A DNA stretch of 64,000 nucleotides from Escherichia phage vB_EcoM_IME537. The stretch is from the sequence record NC_054921.1; one strand, 5' to 3'. The notes below the pieces were generated by a model that had not been told where the DNA came from, searched no databases, and was given only the letters and a program-made list of their open reading frames with translations. Positions 1-17,268 of the stretch are shown piece after piece. Every line of letters begins with the position of its first letter. Positions within the stretch are counted from its first letter, which is position 1. A program made the position numbers and the translations under genes.

Positions 1-1365
1 GGAGCTAGTACTAAGTATGGAAGCGATGGGTCAATGAATAGACCAACTGTTTCTGTGTTTAAAAATGTCGAGGTTCTCGACGAAAATGTAGGAATTCTTA
101 AAACTGCCATTGAAACATCTCAGGAAGATATTAAAACCATTCAAGGCATTTTAGATGTATCAGGAGATATAGAAGCGCTATCACAGATCAGTGTTAATAA
201 AAATGATATATCAAATTTAAAGACACTCACGAATGAACATACTGATATATTAAATGGTACAAATACTACGGTTGATAATATTCTTTCTGATATTGGTCCA
301 TTTAATTCGCAAGCAAATTCAGTTTATAGAACGATTAGAAATGATTTGTTATGGATTAAAAGGGAATTAGGACAATATGCTGGGCAAGACATTAATGGTC
401 TTCCTGTTGTAGGAAATAGCAGCACGGGTATGAAGCACCGCATCATTAATAATACAGATGCTATAACTTCCCAAGGAATACGTCTAAGTGATTTGGAAGA
501 AAAATTTATTGAATCTGATGTAGGTTCACTGACAATTGAAGTCGGAAATCTTAGACAAGAACTTGGACAAAGACCATCTTCATTCAGTGAAAGCATATAT
601 TCACGTGTGCATAATTTAGATCAATCTCAAATTAATCTTAGTTCCGAAATTAAATCTATCAAAACTTCTATTGGATATCCAGGAAATACTTCAATAATCA
701 CAGATGTTAACACTAATACACGAGAAGTTTCAGCTTTAAATGATGAACTAAATAAAAGCGGAGGTATTAAACAACGATTGACTGTCATTGAAACGTCAAT
801 TGGCTCAGATGATATTCCTTCTAGTATTAAAGGTAGAATTAAAGATAATACAACATCTATTGAGTTTTTAAATGGAATTGTTGGTGAAAACACTTCATCT
901 GGACTACGAGCAAATGTTTCATGGCTAAACCAAATCGTTGGAACTGATTCTAGTGGAGGTCAGCCTTCTCCTCCTGGGTCTCTTTTAAATAGGGTTTCAA
1001 CTATTGAAACCTCTGTTAATAGATTGAACAATGATGTTCAAAACTTACAAGTTGAAATTGGTAATAACACTACTGGAATTAAAGGCCAAGTTGTTGCACT
1101 AAATAAACTAGTAAGCGGCACAAATCCAAATGGTTCAACAGTAGAAGAGCGCGGATTAACTAATTCAATAAAAGCTAATGAAACTAACATTTCTTCTATT
1201 AATCAAGAAATGCGTAGTATTAAAAGTAATGTATCTTCATTACAGGGGGATGTTCAGACTTTACAGGAAGCAGGTTATATTCCTGAAGCTCCAAAGGATG
1301 GTCAAGCTTACGTTCGTAAAGACGGCGAATGGGTATTACTTTCTACCTTTTTATCACCAGCATAA
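1..1365 (+). CDS. wac: Fibritin (whisker/neck fibre), 5' partial; reading frame is open to position 1
   Basis: C-terminal foldon [30 protein letters not shown]; coiled-coil heptads; sits upstream of gene 13 as in T4. Confidence 0.93.
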   Translation, partial: GASTKYGSDGSMNRPTVSVFKNVEVLDENVGILKTAIETSQEDIKTIQGILDVSGDIEALSQISVNKNDISNLKTLTNEHTDILNGTNTTVDNILSDIGPFNSQANSVYRTIRNDLLWIKRELGQYAGQDINGLPVVGNSSTGMKHRIINNTDAITSQGIRLSDLEEKFIESDVGSLTIEVGNLRQELGQRPSSFSESIYSRVHNLDQSQINLSSEIKSIKTSIGYPGNTSIITDVNTNTREVSALNDELNKSGGIKQRLTVIETSIGSDDIPSSIKGRIKDNTTSIEFLNGIVGENTSSGLRANVSWLNQIVGTDSSGGQPSPPGSLLNRVSTIETSVNRLNNDVQNLQVEIGNNTTGIKGQVVALNKLVSGTNPNGSTVEERGLTNSIKANETNISSINQEMRSIKSNVSSLQGDVQTLQEAGYIPEAPKDGQAYVRKDGEWVLLSTFLSPA

Positions 1366-1368
1366 CAT

Positions 1369-1384
1369 GGGGCCGCAAGGCCCC
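1369..1384 (+). terminator. GC hairpin GGGGCC-GCAA-GGCCCC after wac (no strong T-run; stabiliser or weak terminator)
   Basis: perfect 6-bp inverted repeat with GNRA-type loop, seen directly. Confidence 0.4.
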
Positions 1385-1396
1385 AAAGGATTTTAA

Positions 1397-3098
<1,702 letters not shown>

Positions 3099-3139
3099 TA
3101 AATATTATAAACTAATTAAAGCTCAGATTAGGAGAAATC

Positions 3140-6280
<3,141 letters not shown>

Positions 6281-6308
6281 TATTAAAGCATATTAAAGAG
6301 GATTAAAA

Positions 6309-8288
6309 ATGACTTTATTATCTCCGGGCATTGAGCTCAAAGAAACTACGGTTCAAAGCACCGTGGTTAATAACTCTACTGGTACAGCAGCTTTGGCCGG
6401 TAAATTCCAGTGGGGTCCTGCTTTTCAGATCAAACAGGTTACAAATGAAGTAGATTTAGTTAATACTTTCGGTCAACCTACAGCTGAAACTGCTGACTAT
6501 TTTATGTCTGCAATGAATTTCTTACAATATGGAAATGATTTGCGAGTTGTGCGTGCTGTCGATAGAGATACCGCTAAAAACTCATCTCCGATTGCTGGTA
6601 ATATTGAATACACTATTTCTACCCCAGGTAGTAACTACGCGGTTGGAGATAAAATCACAGTTAAGTATGTTTCAGAAAACATTGAAACGGAAGGTAAAAT
6701 TACCGAAGTAGATGCTGATGGAAAAATTAAGAAAATTAATATTCCTACTGCAAAAATTATCGCTAAAGCGAAAGAAGTCGGTGAATATCCAGCATTAGGT
6801 TCTAACTGGACCGCGGAAATTTCTTCGTCTTCCTCTGGTTTAGCTGCAGTAATAACTCTTGGAAAAATTATTACTGATTCCGGTATTTTATTAGCTGAGA
6901 TTGAAAATGCTGAAGCTGCTATGACAGCAGTTGAATTTCAAACAAATCTCGAAAAATATGGAATTCCAGGAGTAGTAGCTCTTTATCCAGGCGAGTTGGG
7001 CGATAAAATCGAAATCGAAATCGTATCTAAAGCTGACTACGCAAAAGGAGCTTCTGCATTACTCCCAATTTATCCAGGTGGCGGAACACGCGCATCTACT
7101 GCTAAGGCAGTGTTTGGATATGGACCACAAACTGATTCGCAATACGCTATTATAGTTCGTCGTAATGATGCTATTGTTCAAAGCGTTGTTCTTTCAACAA
7201 AGCGTGGTGAAAAAGATATTTACGATAGTAACATCTACATTGATGACTTTTTCGCAAAAGGCGGTTCAGAATATATTTTCGCAACTGCACAAAACTGGCC
7301 AGAAGGATTCTCTGGAATTTTAACTCTGTCTGGTGGATTATCATCAAATGCTGAAGTAACAGCAGGAGATTTGATGGAAGCTTGGGACTTCTTTGCTGAC
7401 CGTGAATCTGTTGACGTTCAGTTGTTTATTGCGGGTTCTTGTGCCGGTGAATCTTTAGAAACAGCATCTACTGTCCAAAAACACGTCGTTTCAATTGGGG
7501 ATGCTCGCCAAGATTGCTTAGTATTGTGCTCACCACCGCGCGAAACTGTAGTTGGAATTCCTGTAACTCGCGCTGTTGATAACTTAGTCAATTGGAGAAC
7601 CGCAACAGGTTCATACACTGATAATAACTTTAATATCAGTTCAACCTACGCAGCAATTGATGGTAACTACAAATATCAGTATGACAAATACAATGATGTC
7701 AATCGCTGGGTTCCATTAGCAGCTGATATTGCAGGTTTATGCGCAAGAACCGATAACGTTTCTCAGACTTGGATGTCTCCAGCTGGTTATAATCGCGGCC
7801 AGATTCTTAACGTTATTAAACTTGCTATTGAAACTCGCCAAGCTCAGCGCGACCGTTTATATCAAGAAGCTATCAACCCAGTAACTGGTACAGGTGGTGA
7901 TGGTTACGTATTATATGGTGATAAAACAGCTACTTCTGTTCCTTCTCCATTTGATCGTATTAACGTTCGTCGTCTGTTTAATATGTTGAAAACGAATATC
8001 GGACGTAGTTCAAAATATCGCTTGTTCGAATTAAACAACGCGTTTACTCGTTCATCATTCCGCACAGAAACTGCCCAATACTTACAGGGAATTAAAGCTC
8101 TCGGTGGAATTTATGAATATCGTGTAGTTTGCGATACAACAAATAACACTCCGTCAGTAATTGATAGAAATGAGTTTGTTGCAACATTCTACATCCAACC
8201 GGCTAGAAGTATAAATTATATCCAACTTAATTTCGTCGCAACTGCTACTGGTGCAGATTTCGACGAGTTAACTGGTCTTGCAGGTTAA
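6309..8288 (+). CDS. 18: Tail sheath protein gp18
   Basis: 659 aa, synteny. Confidence 0.95.
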   Translation: MTLLSPGIELKETTVQSTVVNNSTGTAALAGKFQWGPAFQIKQVTNEVDLVNTFGQPTAETADYFMSAMNFLQYGNDLRVVRAVDRDTAKNSSPIAGNIEYTISTPGSNYAVGDKITVKYVSENIETEGKITEVDADGKIKKINIPTAKIIAKAKEVGEYPALGSNWTAEISSSSSGLAAVITLGKIITDSGILLAEIENAEAAMTAVEFQTNLEKYGIPGVVALYPGELGDKIEIEIVSKADYAKGASALLPIYPGGGTRASTAKAVFGYGPQTDSQYAIIVRRNDAIVQSVVLSTKRGEKDIYDSNIYIDDFFAKGGSEYIFATAQNWPEGFSGILTLSGGLSSNAEVTAGDLMEAWDFFADRESVDVQLFIAGSCAGESLETASTVQKHVVSIGDARQDCLVLCSPPRETVVGIPVTRAVDNLVNWRTATGSYTDNNFNISSTYAAIDGNYKYQYDKYNDVNRWVPLAADIAGLCARTDNVSQTWMSPAGYNRGQILNVIKLAIETRQAQRDRLYQEAINPVTGTGGDGYVLYGDKTATSVPSPFDRINVRRLFNMLKTNIGRSSKYRLFELNNAFTRSSFRTETAQYLQGIKALGGIYEYRVVCDTTNNTPSVIDRNEFVATFYIQPARSINYIQLNFVATATGADFDELTGLAG

Positions 8289-8304
8289 TACGGTGCATTC
8301 TAAA

Positions 8305-8322
8305 GGCCTGTTTCGGCAGGCC
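8305..8322 (+). terminator. Hairpin GGCCTG-TTTCGG-CAGGCC after gene 18
   Basis: 6-bp inverted repeat directly downstream of the gene 18 stop. Confidence 0.4.
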
Positions 8323-8323
8323 A

Positions 8324-8390
8324 TATAAATACACTATATCCTTAATTCTTTAATTCTATATGCCCTAGGTTAAACATAGGGATATAAATA
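8324..8390 (+). promoter_or_regulatory. Two tandem late promoters (TATAAATA at 8324-8331 and 8383-8390) for gene 19
   Basis: two exact TATAAATA boxes upstream of gene 19. Confidence 0.55.
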
Positions 8391-8404
8391 CTACAGAGGC
8401 TAAT

Positions 8405-8896
8405 ATGTTTGTAGATGATGTAACACGAGCGTTTGAATCTGGTGATTTTGCTCGACCTAACTTATTCCAAGTAGAAATTTCTTATCTTGGACAAAATTTT
8501 ACGTTTCAATGTAAAGCCACTGCTTTACCAGCTGGTATTGTAGAAAAAATTCCAGTCGGATTTATGAACCGTAAAATTAACGTAGCAGGCGATCGCACAT
8601 TCGATGACTGGACTATTACAGTAATGAATGATGAGGCGCATGATGCACGCCAGAAGTTTGTTGACTGGCAAAGCATTGCTGCTGGGCAAGGAAACGAAAT
8701 TACTGGTGGAAAACCAGCAGAGTATAAAAAGAGTGCTATTGTACGCCAATATGCTCGTGACGCTAAAACTGTAACAAAAGAAGTCGAAATTAAAGGCCTG
8801 TGGCCTACTAACGTGGGTGAACTTCAGTTAGATTGGGATTCAAACAATGAAATCCAAACCTTTGAAGTAACTCTCGCTCTCGATTATTGGGAATAA
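8405..8896 (+). CDS. 19: Tail tube protein gp19
   Basis: 163 aa, synteny. Confidence 0.95.
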   Translation: MFVDDVTRAFESGDFARPNLFQVEISYLGQNFTFQCKATALPAGIVEKIPVGFMNRKINVAGDRTFDDWTITVMNDEAHDARQKFVDWQSIAAGQGNEITGGKPAEYKKSAIVRQYARDAKTVTKEVEIKGLWPTNVGELQLDWDSNNEIQTFEVTLALDYWE

Positions 8897-8903
8897 AATG
8901 AAT

Positions 8904-8917
8904 GGGGAGAAATCCCC
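8904..8917 (+). terminator. Hairpin GGGGA-GAAA-TCCCC after gene 19
   Basis: 5-bp stem, GNRA loop. Confidence 0.4.
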
Positions 8918-8928
8918 ATCCTGCTTAA

Positions 8929-10553
<1,625 letters not shown>

Positions 10554-10554
<1 letters not shown>

Positions 10555-10802
10555 TGGAAGGTTTAATTGAAGCTATTAAATCAAACGACCTCGTAGCCGC
10601 TCGTAAATTATTTGCTGAAGCCATGGCTGCAAGAACGATTGATTTAATTAAAGAAGAAAAAATCGCTATCGCTCGTAATTTCTTAATCGAAGGTGAAGAA
10701 CCTGAAGACGAGGATGATGACGAAGACGAAGATAGTGATGATAAAGACGACAAAAAAGACAAAGACTCTGACGAAGATGACGAAGACGAGGATGATGAAT
10801 AA
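10554..10802 (+). CDS. 67: Prohead core protein gp67 with poly-acidic C-terminal tail
   Basis: 82 aa; D/E-rich tail; ATGA-type coupling to gene 20. Confidence 0.85.
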
Positions 10803-11227
10803 TGCTTCTGATCCCTGAAACTCATGAATTAGTTCTCGAGAATGTCGAAGCACTTATTCCTGAAGCACAGGGTCGCTTTGACGAATTGTCTTCTGCTTTA
10901 AATAAAGACGATATAAATACAATTGTCGAGAATATGCTTGATGATGAAACTGATTTAGCGATTGCATTAGCTTCTATTAATGAAGATATGCCGCTAAATG
11001 AATTCATCGTTAAACATGTTTCTGCTCGTGGTGAAATTACACGTACTAAAGACCGCAAGACGCGTGAACGTAATGCATTTCAAACCACCGGGCTGTCTAA
11101 AGCAAAACGTAGACAAATTGCTCGCAAAGCTACCAAAACGAAGATTGCCAACCCAGCAGGTCAATCTCGTGCTCAGCGTAAGCGTAAAAAAGCTCTTAAA
11201 CGCCGTAAAGCATTAGGATTAAGCTAA
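10802..11227 (+). CDS. 68: Prohead core protein gp68
   Basis: 141 aa, synteny. Confidence 0.85.
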   Translation: MLLIPETHELVLENVEALIPEAQGRFDELSSALNKDDINTIVENMLDDETDLAIALASINEDMPLNEFIVKHVSARGEITRTKDRKTRERNAFQTTGLSKAKRRQIARKATKTKIANPAGQSRAQRKRKKALKRRKALGLS

Positions 11228-11865
11228 TGAATGAACCCCAATTACTAATTGAAACTTGGGGTCAACCTGGCGAAATTATTGATGGTGTGCCAATGCTTGA
11301 ATCTCATGATGGAAAAGACCTCGGTTTAAAACCTGGTTTATACATCGAAGGAATATTCATGCAAGCGGAAGTCGTCAATAGAAATAAACGTCTTTATCCA
11401 AAACGCATATTAGAAAAAGCGGTAAAAGACTATATCAATGAGCAAGTTTTAACAAAACAAGCTCTCGGAGAATTAAATCATCCTCCACGCGCTAATGTTG
11501 ACCCGATGCAAGCCGCTATCATTATAGAAGATATGTGGTGGAAAGGAAATGACGTATACGGACGAGCTCGTGTTATTGAAGGTGACCATGGTCCTGGAGA
11601 TAAATTAGCAGCTAATATTCGTGCCGGATGGATTCCAGGAGTTTCTTCTCGTGGATTAGGTTCATTGACTGACACAAATAAAGGTTATCGTATCGTAAAC
11701 GAAGGATTCAAATTAACTGTAGGTGTTGATGCAGTATGGGGTCCAAGTGCTCCAGATGCATGGGTAACTCCTAAGGAAATTACCGAATCACAGACGGCGG
11801 AAGCCGATACAAGTGCCGATGACGCCTATATGGCTCTCGCAGAGGCCATGAAAAAAGCGTTATAA
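11227..11865 (+). CDS. 21: Prohead core protease gp21
   Basis: 212 aa, synteny. Confidence 0.9.
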   Translation: MNEPQLLIETWGQPGEIIDGVPMLESHDGKDLGLKPGLYIEGIFMQAEVVNRNKRLYPKRILEKAVKDYINEQVLTKQALGELNHPPRANVDPMQAAIIIEDMWWKGNDVYGRARVIEGDHGPGDKLAANIRAGWIPGVSSRGLGSLTDTNKGYRIVNEGFKLTVGVDAVWGPSAPDAWVTPKEITESQTAEADTSADDAYMALAEAMKKAL

Positions 11866-11868
11866 ATA
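11861..11868 (+). promoter_or_regulatory. Late promoter TATAAATA for gene 22
   Basis: exact box overlapping the gene 21 stop. Confidence 0.5.
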
Positions 11869-11895
11869 TTATTATCTAAACAACAGGACTACAAA

Positions 11896-12705
11896 ATGCT
11901 TAAAGAACAACTGATTGCTGAAGCGCAAAAAATTGATGCTTCCGTTGCTCTTGATAGTATTTTCGAATCAGTTAATATTTCTCCGGAAGCAAAAGAAACT
12001 TTCGGCACTGTATTCGAAGCTACCGTCAAGCAGCACGCCGTTAAATTAGCTGAATCTCATATCGCTAAAATTGCTGAAAAAGCAGAAGAAGAAGTAGAAA
12101 AAAATAAAGAAGAAGCCGAAGAAAAAGCTGAGAAGAAAATCGCTGAGCAAGCTTCTAAATTCATCGACCATCTTGCGAAAGAATGGCTCGCTGAAAATAA
12201 ATTAGCAGTTGATAAAGGCATCAAAGCCGAACTGTTTGAATCCATGCTTGGTGGATTAAAAGAGCTCTTTGTTGAACACAACGTTGTTGTTCCAGAAGAA
12301 TCAGTTGATGTTGTAGCTGAAATGGAAGAAGAGCTGCAAGAACATAAAGAAGAATCAGCTCGTCTGTTCGAAGAACTCAATATGCGCGACGCATATATCA
12401 ATTATGTGCAGCGTGAAGTGGCATTGAGCGAAAGTACTAAAGATCTGACTGAGTCTCAAAAAGAAAAAGTCTCTGCTCTGGTCGAAGGTATGGATTATTC
12501 AGATGCATTCTCAAGTAAATTGAGTGCCATCGTAGAAATGGTGAAGAAATCTAATAAAGATGAAAGCACTATTACTGAGAGTATAAATACTCCTGATACT
12601 GAAGCAGCCGGACTGAATTTCGTCACTGAAGCTGTAGAAGATAAAGCTGCACCTGGTGCAGAAGATATTGTAAGTGTATATGCGAAAGTCGCATCTCGTT
12701 TCTAA
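11896..12705 (+). CDS. 22: Prohead core scaffold protein gp22
   Basis: 269 aa, E/K-rich coiled-coil composition. Confidence 0.9.
   Translation: MLKEQLIAEAQKIDASVALDSIFESVNISPEAKETFGTVFEATVKQHAVKLAESHIAKIAEKAEEEVEKNKEEAEEKAEKKIAEQASKFIDHLAKEWLAENKLAVDKGIKAELFESMLGGLKELFVEHNVVVPEESVDVVAEMEEELQEHKEESARLFEELNMRDAYINYVQREVALSESTKDLTESQKEKVSALVEGMDYSDAFSSKLSAIVEMVKKSNKDESTITESINTPDTEAAGLNFVTEAVEDKAAPGAEDIVSVYAKVASRF
12582..12589 (+). promoter_or_regulatory. Late promoter TATAAATA for gene 23, inside the 3' end of gene 22
   Basis: exact box about 135 nt upstream of the gene 23 ATG. Confidence 0.55.
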
Positions 12706-12723
12706 TTTTAAAGGTTAACACAA

Positions 12724-14289
12724 ATGACTATCAAAACTAAAGCTGAACTTTTGAACAAATGGAAGCCATTACTGGAAGGTGAAGGTTTACCGGAAATTGC
12801 TAATAGCAAACAAGCGATTATCGCTAAAATCTTTGAAAACCAGGAAAAAGATTTCCAGACAGCTCCAGAATACAAAGACGAAAAAATCGCTCAGGCGTTC
12901 GGTTCTTTCTTAACAGAAGCTGAAATCGGTGGTGACCACGGTTACAACGCTACTAACATCGCTGCTGGTCAAACTTCTGGCGCAGTAACTCAGATTGGCC
13001 CAGCTGTTATGGGTATGGTACGTCGTGCTATTCCTAACCTGATTGCTTTCGATATTTGCGGTGTTCAGCCGATGAACAGCCCGACTGGTCAGGTATTCGC
13101 ACTGCGCGCAGTATATGGTAAAGACCCAATCGCTGCCGGCGCTAAAGAAGCATTCCACCCAATGTATGGTCCAGATGCAATGTTCTCTGGTCAGGGTGCT
13201 GCTAAGAAATTCACAGCTCTGGCTGCTAGCACACAAACCACAGTAGGTGATATCTATACTCACTTCTTCCAGGACACTGGTACTGTGTATCTGCAAGCTT
13301 CTGCTCAAGTAACAATTAGTGCAAGCGCAACTGACGCTGCTAAATTAGATGCTGAAATTAAGAAACAAATGGAAGCTGGTGTACTGGTAGAAATCGCTGA
13401 AGGTATGGCTACTTCTATCGCTGAACTTCAGGAAGGTTTCAACGGTTCTACCGATAACCCATGGAATGAAATGGGCTTCCGTATCGATAAACAAGTTATC
13501 GAAGCTAAATCTCGTCAGCTGAAAGCTGCTTACTCTATCGAATTAGCACAAGACCTCCGCGCTGTTCACGGTATGGATGCTGATGCTGAACTGTCTGGTA
13601 TTCTGGCTACCGAAATCATGCTGGAAATCAACCGCGAAGTTGTTGATTGGATTAACTACTCAGCTCAGGTTGGTAAATCTGGTATGACCCTGACTCCGGG
13701 TTCTAAAGCTGGTGTATTTGACTTCCAGGATCCGATTGATATTCGTGGTGCTCGCTGGGCGGGTGAATCCTTTAAAGCTCTGTTGTTCCAGATTGACAAA
13801 GAAGCAGTTGAAATTGCTCGTCAGACTGGTCGTGGTGAAGGTAACTTCATTATCGCTTCCCGTAACGTAGTTAACGTTCTGGCTTCAGTTGATACTGGCA
13901 TTTCTTATGCTGCACAGGGTCTGGCTACCGGCTTTAACACTGATACTACCAAGTCAGTATTTGCTGGTGTTCTGGGTGGTAAATACCGTGTATATATCGA
14001 CCAGTATGCTAAACAGGATTATTTCACTGTAGGTTATAAAGGTCCGAACGAAATGGATGCTGGTATTTACTACGCTCCATATGTAGCTCTGACTCCGCTG
14101 CGTGGTTCCGATCCGAAGAACTTCCAACCAGTAATGGGATTCAAAACTCGTTACGGTATCGGTATCAACCCATTTGCAGAATCCGCTGCTCAGGCTCCGG
14201 CTTCTCGCATCCAGAGCGGTATGCCTTCTATTCTGAATAGCCTTGGTAAAAACGCTTACTTCCGCCGTGTATATGTTAAAGGTATCTAA
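12724..14289 (+). CDS. 23: Major capsid protein gp23
   Basis: 521 aa; near-identical to remembered T4 gp23 (MTIKTKAELLNKWKPLLEGEG...). Confidence 0.97.
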   Translation: MTIKTKAELLNKWKPLLEGEGLPEIANSKQAIIAKIFENQEKDFQTAPEYKDEKIAQAFGSFLTEAEIGGDHGYNATNIAAGQTSGAVTQIGPAVMGMVRRAIPNLIAFDICGVQPMNSPTGQVFALRAVYGKDPIAAGAKEAFHPMYGPDAMFSGQGAAKKFTALAASTQTTVGDIYTHFFQDTGTVYLQASAQVTISASATDAAKLDAEIKKQMEAGVLVEIAEGMATSIAELQEGFNGSTDNPWNEMGFRIDKQVIEAKSRQLKAAYSIELAQDLRAVHGMDADAELSGILATEIMLEINREVVDWINYSAQVGKSGMTLTPGSKAGVFDFQDPIDIRGARWAGESFKALLFQIDKEAVEIARQTGRGEGNFIIASRNVVNVLASVDTGISYAAQGLATGFNTDTTKSVFAGVLGGKYRVYIDQYAKQDYFTVGYKGPNEMDAGIYYAPYVALTPLRGSDPKNFQPVMGFKTRYGIGINPFAESAAQAPASRIQSGMPSILNSLGKNAYFRRVYVKGI

Positions 14290-14304
14290 TCTTTGACGAT
14301 TTAA

Positions 14305-14330
14305 GGGACCTTCGGGTCCCTTTAGTTGTT
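14305..14330 (+). terminator. Rho-independent terminator GGGACC-TTCG-GGTCCC followed by a T-rich run
   Basis: 6-bp GC stem, UUCG tetraloop, TTTAGTTGTTTTT. Confidence 0.7.
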
Positions 14331-14337
14331 TTTATGG

Positions 14338-14345
14338 TATAAATA
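14338..14345 (+). promoter_or_regulatory. Late promoter TATAAATA for gene 24
   Basis: exact box about 28 nt upstream of the ATG. Confidence 0.55.
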
Positions 14346-14372
14346 AATCATATAAACCAAAAGGAAAGCGCA

Positions 14373-15656
14373 ATGGCTAAAATCAACGAACTTCTGCGCG
14401 AATCAACCACAACGAATAGCAACTCAATCGGTCGCCCAAATCTCGTTGCTTTGACTCGCGCTACCACTAAATTAATATATTCTGACATTGTAGCAACGCA
14501 AAGAACTAATCAACCTGTTGCTGCTTTTTATGGTATCAAATACCTTAACCCAGATAACGAATTTACATTTAAAACTGGTGCTACTTACGCCGGCGAAGCT
14601 GGGTATGTAGACCGAGAACAAATCACAGAATTAACAGAAGAGTCTAAATTAACTCTCAATAAAGGCGATTTATTCAAATATAATAATATCGTTTATAAAG
14701 TATTAGAAGATACACCATTTGCTGATATTGAAGAAAGCGATTTAGAATTAGCTCTTCAGATTGCAATCGTTCTTTTAAAGGTTCGTCTATTTTCTGATGC
14801 TGCAGTAACAAGCAAATTTGAAAGCTCTGATAGTGAAATTGCGGATGCTAGATTCCAGATTAATAAATGGCAAACCGCAGTTAAATCTCGTAAACTTAAA
14901 ACTGGCATCACAGTTGAATTAGCACAAGATTTAGAAGCAAATGGATTCGATGCTCCTAATTTCTTGGAAGATTTGCTTGCAACCGAAATGGCGGATGAAA
15001 TCAATAAAGATATTCTGCAGTCTTTGATTACAGTATCAAAACGCTATAAAGTTACAGGAATTACTGATACTGGATTCATTGATTTGAGTTATGCATCTGC
15101 ACCTGAAGCTGGTCGTTCATTATACCGAATGGTATGCGAAATGGTTTCACATATCCAGAAAGAATCAACTTATACTGCAACGTTCTGTGTTGCTTCAGCT
15201 CGTGCCGCTGCGATTCTTGCTGCATCAGGTTGGTTAAAACATAAACCAGAAGATGACAAATATCTTTCACAAAATGCCTACGGGTTCTTAGCTAATGGTT
15301 TACCGCTTTATTGCGATACCAACAGCCCATTAGATTATGTAATCGTGGGTGTAGTAGAAAATATAGGTGAAAAAGAAATTGTTGGATCAATTTTCTATGC
15401 TCCGTATACAGAAGGCCTTGACTTAGATGACCCTGAACATGTAGGTGCATTTAAAGTTGTAGTTGATCCAGAAAGTTTGCAGCCATCTATCGGTTTATTA
15501 GTTAGATATGCTTTATCTGCAAATCCTTACACTGTAGCAAAAGATGAAAAAGAAGCAAGAGTAATTGACGGTGGAGACATGGATAAAATGGCGGGTCGTT
15601 CAGATTTGTCTGTTTTATTAGGTGTTAAGCTACCAAAAATTATCGTTGATGAATAA
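14373..15656 (+). CDS. 24: Head vertex protein gp24
   Basis: 427 aa, gp23 paralogue, synteny. Confidence 0.93.
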   Translation: MAKINELLRESTTTNSNSIGRPNLVALTRATTKLIYSDIVATQRTNQPVAAFYGIKYLNPDNEFTFKTGATYAGEAGYVDREQITELTEESKLTLNKGDLFKYNNIVYKVLEDTPFADIEESDLELALQIAIVLLKVRLFSDAAVTSKFESSDSEIADARFQINKWQTAVKSRKLKTGITVELAQDLEANGFDAPNFLEDLLATEMADEINKDILQSLITVSKRYKVTGITDTGFIDLSYASAPEAGRSLYRMVCEMVSHIQKESTYTATFCVASARAAAILAASGWLKHKPEDDKYLSQNAYGFLANGLPLYCDTNSPLDYVIVGVVENIGEKEIVGSIFYAPYTEGLDLDDPEHVGAFKVVVDPESLQPSIGLLVRYALSANPYTVAKDEKEARVIDGGDMDKMAGRSDLSVLLGVKLPKIIVDE

Positions 15657-15662
15657 AACAAA

Positions 15663-15684
15663 GGGACCTTTCGGTCCCTTTTTA
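15663..15684. terminator. Bidirectional terminator GGGACC-TTTC-GGTCCC with T-run, between convergent genes 24 and rnlB
   Basis: hairpin flanked by an A-run on one side and a T-run on the other. Confidence 0.7.
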
Positions 15685-15685
15685 T

Positions 15686-16690
15686 TTAACTTACCAATTC
15701 AATCCAAGCCGGACGAAGTACATCTTGTACCATTTTAACTAATTCCTTTTTAACCAAAGAAGGATTATCTGCTTGAGTTAGAGTAATACCTTCACGAGAA
15801 GTTTCTTCCAAAATATCTTGAACAGTTAGTCCCATCACCTTTCCAAAATCTTTTGGACCAATTTCACCAATTTTAGAAATAACGTTATTTACTCGGTTCA
15901 GTGTAACGTAGCAAGCTAAAATTCCCAGCAATTTATTATCAGCTTCTGACAGCTCAACTTTAGCTTTAATAGGCTTATCAGACTTTTTCTTTTCACTAAA
16001 TTTAGAGTTCTTGCATTTAATCGCTACGCGATTGCCATTAGGCATCCAAGAAGGATAACAAGGTTTCAATACATATCCTTCAGCGGTAAATACTTCGCCT
16101 TTTGCTTCGGCATTCCAAACGCATTTATTTGCATCAACTAATCCAGCGTGGTCTACCGTAAAATTATAATCTTGGACGACGGAATCTAAATCATTTGGCA
16201 GTTTAATAAGCTCTTCAAATTTACCGCGACCCAAAAGTGGAGCCATTTTAAATTTAAATGTATTACAGAATGATTCCATCATATAATCATCGACATAAGT
16301 CACATCACCACTTTCTGTAGTAACAATAATGTCAAATACATAAAAATCTTTATCGCCATAATCGACATTCTTCTGAATGCCAGGTCCAGCGAATTCGCCA
16401 AAGACTTGATAAGATACAACCGCTGAAGTTTCCATAATATCTTGTACTGCTTTAATGGAATCAGCGTAATTCTTTAGAATAATTTCATACCCAAAGAAAT
16501 CTTCAGCAGGAAGAATCGGTCCAGTACGTTTAGCACAAGTTGCTTTATCGCGTTCAATAATTAGTGAGAAATTTGTGCCATGAATCTTTTCACGAGCTAC
16601 CCATTCGCCGCCAGTCAATCCTAAACTGTAAAGTTTTTCAATGAATTTAGAATTGTAATGATTTTCAAGACTGCTATACTTTTTAAACAT
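15686..16690 (-). CDS. rnlB: RNA ligase 2
   Basis: 334 aa; nucleotidyltransferase motif I KIHGTN. Confidence 0.9.
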   Translation of the reverse strand: MFKKYSSLENHYNSKFIEKLYSLGLTGGEWVAREKIHGTNFSLIIERDKATCAKRTGPILPAEDFFGYEIILKNYADSIKAVQDIMETSAVVSYQVFGEFAGPGIQKNVDYGDKDFYVFDIIVTTESGDVTYVDDYMMESFCNTFKFKMAPLLGRGKFEELIKLPNDLDSVVQDYNFTVDHAGLVDANKCVWNAEAKGEVFTAEGYVLKPCYPSWMPNGNRVAIKCKNSKFSEKKKSDKPIKAKVELSEADNKLLGILACYVTLNRVNNVISKIGEIGPKDFGKVMGLTVQDILEETSREGITLTQADNPSLVKKELVKMVQDVLRPAWIELVS

Positions 16691-16699
16691 AATTAATCC

Positions 16700-16978
16700 T
16701 CAAAATGTAATTTCTAACCAATCACCATCACGCTGATCACTATTGACTTTAAAGCTAAATCCTTCTTTTCTCAGCCAATCACCAATTTCTTCAGTAATCA
16801 ATTTATCGCGAGCAGTGCAATAATAACTAAAATATGTTTTACCTTGTTCAGCTGCTTTATTAGCAAGTTCCGAAAAATCTTTAATAAAACACTCTAGTTT
16901 AAACTGCTTACTTTTAAGTGCTTTTTCGCGTAATTGATTAGCAAAAGATTCATTTTCATAAAGATCATACTGTTCCAT
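16700..16978 (-). CDS. Hypothetical protein (T4 24.2 position)
   Basis: 92 aa ORF with ATG, collinear. Confidence 0.6.
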   Translation of the reverse strand: MEQYDLYENESFANQLREKALKSKQFKLECFIKDFSELANKAAEQGKTYFSYYCTARDKLITEEIGDWLRKEGFSFKVNSDQRDGDWLEITF

Positions 16979-17180
16979 TTTTCACCTTTTTATTAATGTG
17001 TCTTTTTCTATAGACAACTTTTTCTCGAGTCTCAAATTTATTCTTAGCAGTCATAGCTCGAGCCCATAATACAGCCACTTCTTTTGCCTGTAAGTTTAAT
17101 TCACGAGCAATTTCAATGAATGACTTTCCAGACTCATGAAGAGTAAACACCACAACCTCAGTTCTCATAATCAATCTCAT
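16965..17180 (-). CDS. Small HTH-like protein (T4 24.3 position)
   Basis: 71 aa; SFIEIARELNLQAKEV resembles a helix-turn-helix. Confidence 0.55.
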   Translation of the reverse strand: MRLIMRTEVVVFTLHESGKSFIEIARELNLQAKEVAVLWARAMTAKNKFETREKVVYRKRHINKKVKNGTV

Positions 17181-17238
17181 GTTATCGAGTTGATGCCATT
17201 ATATACATCATTTTCTGAGTATGTTTTGTGTGCTTTCA

Positions 17239-17263
17239 AAATGAAGAAAGGGGCCGAAGCCCC
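17239..17263 (-). terminator. Terminator GGGGC-TTCG-GCCCC plus T-run downstream of hoc
   Basis: hairpin then TTTCTTCATTTT on the - strand. Confidence 0.6.
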
Positions 17264-17268
17264 TGAGA

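Noticed and set aside
12057-12401. - strand ORFs opposite genes 22 and 23 (12057..12401, 12910..13308)
   Set aside because: Antisense shadows of highly expressed late genes with Ser/Ala-rich junk translations.
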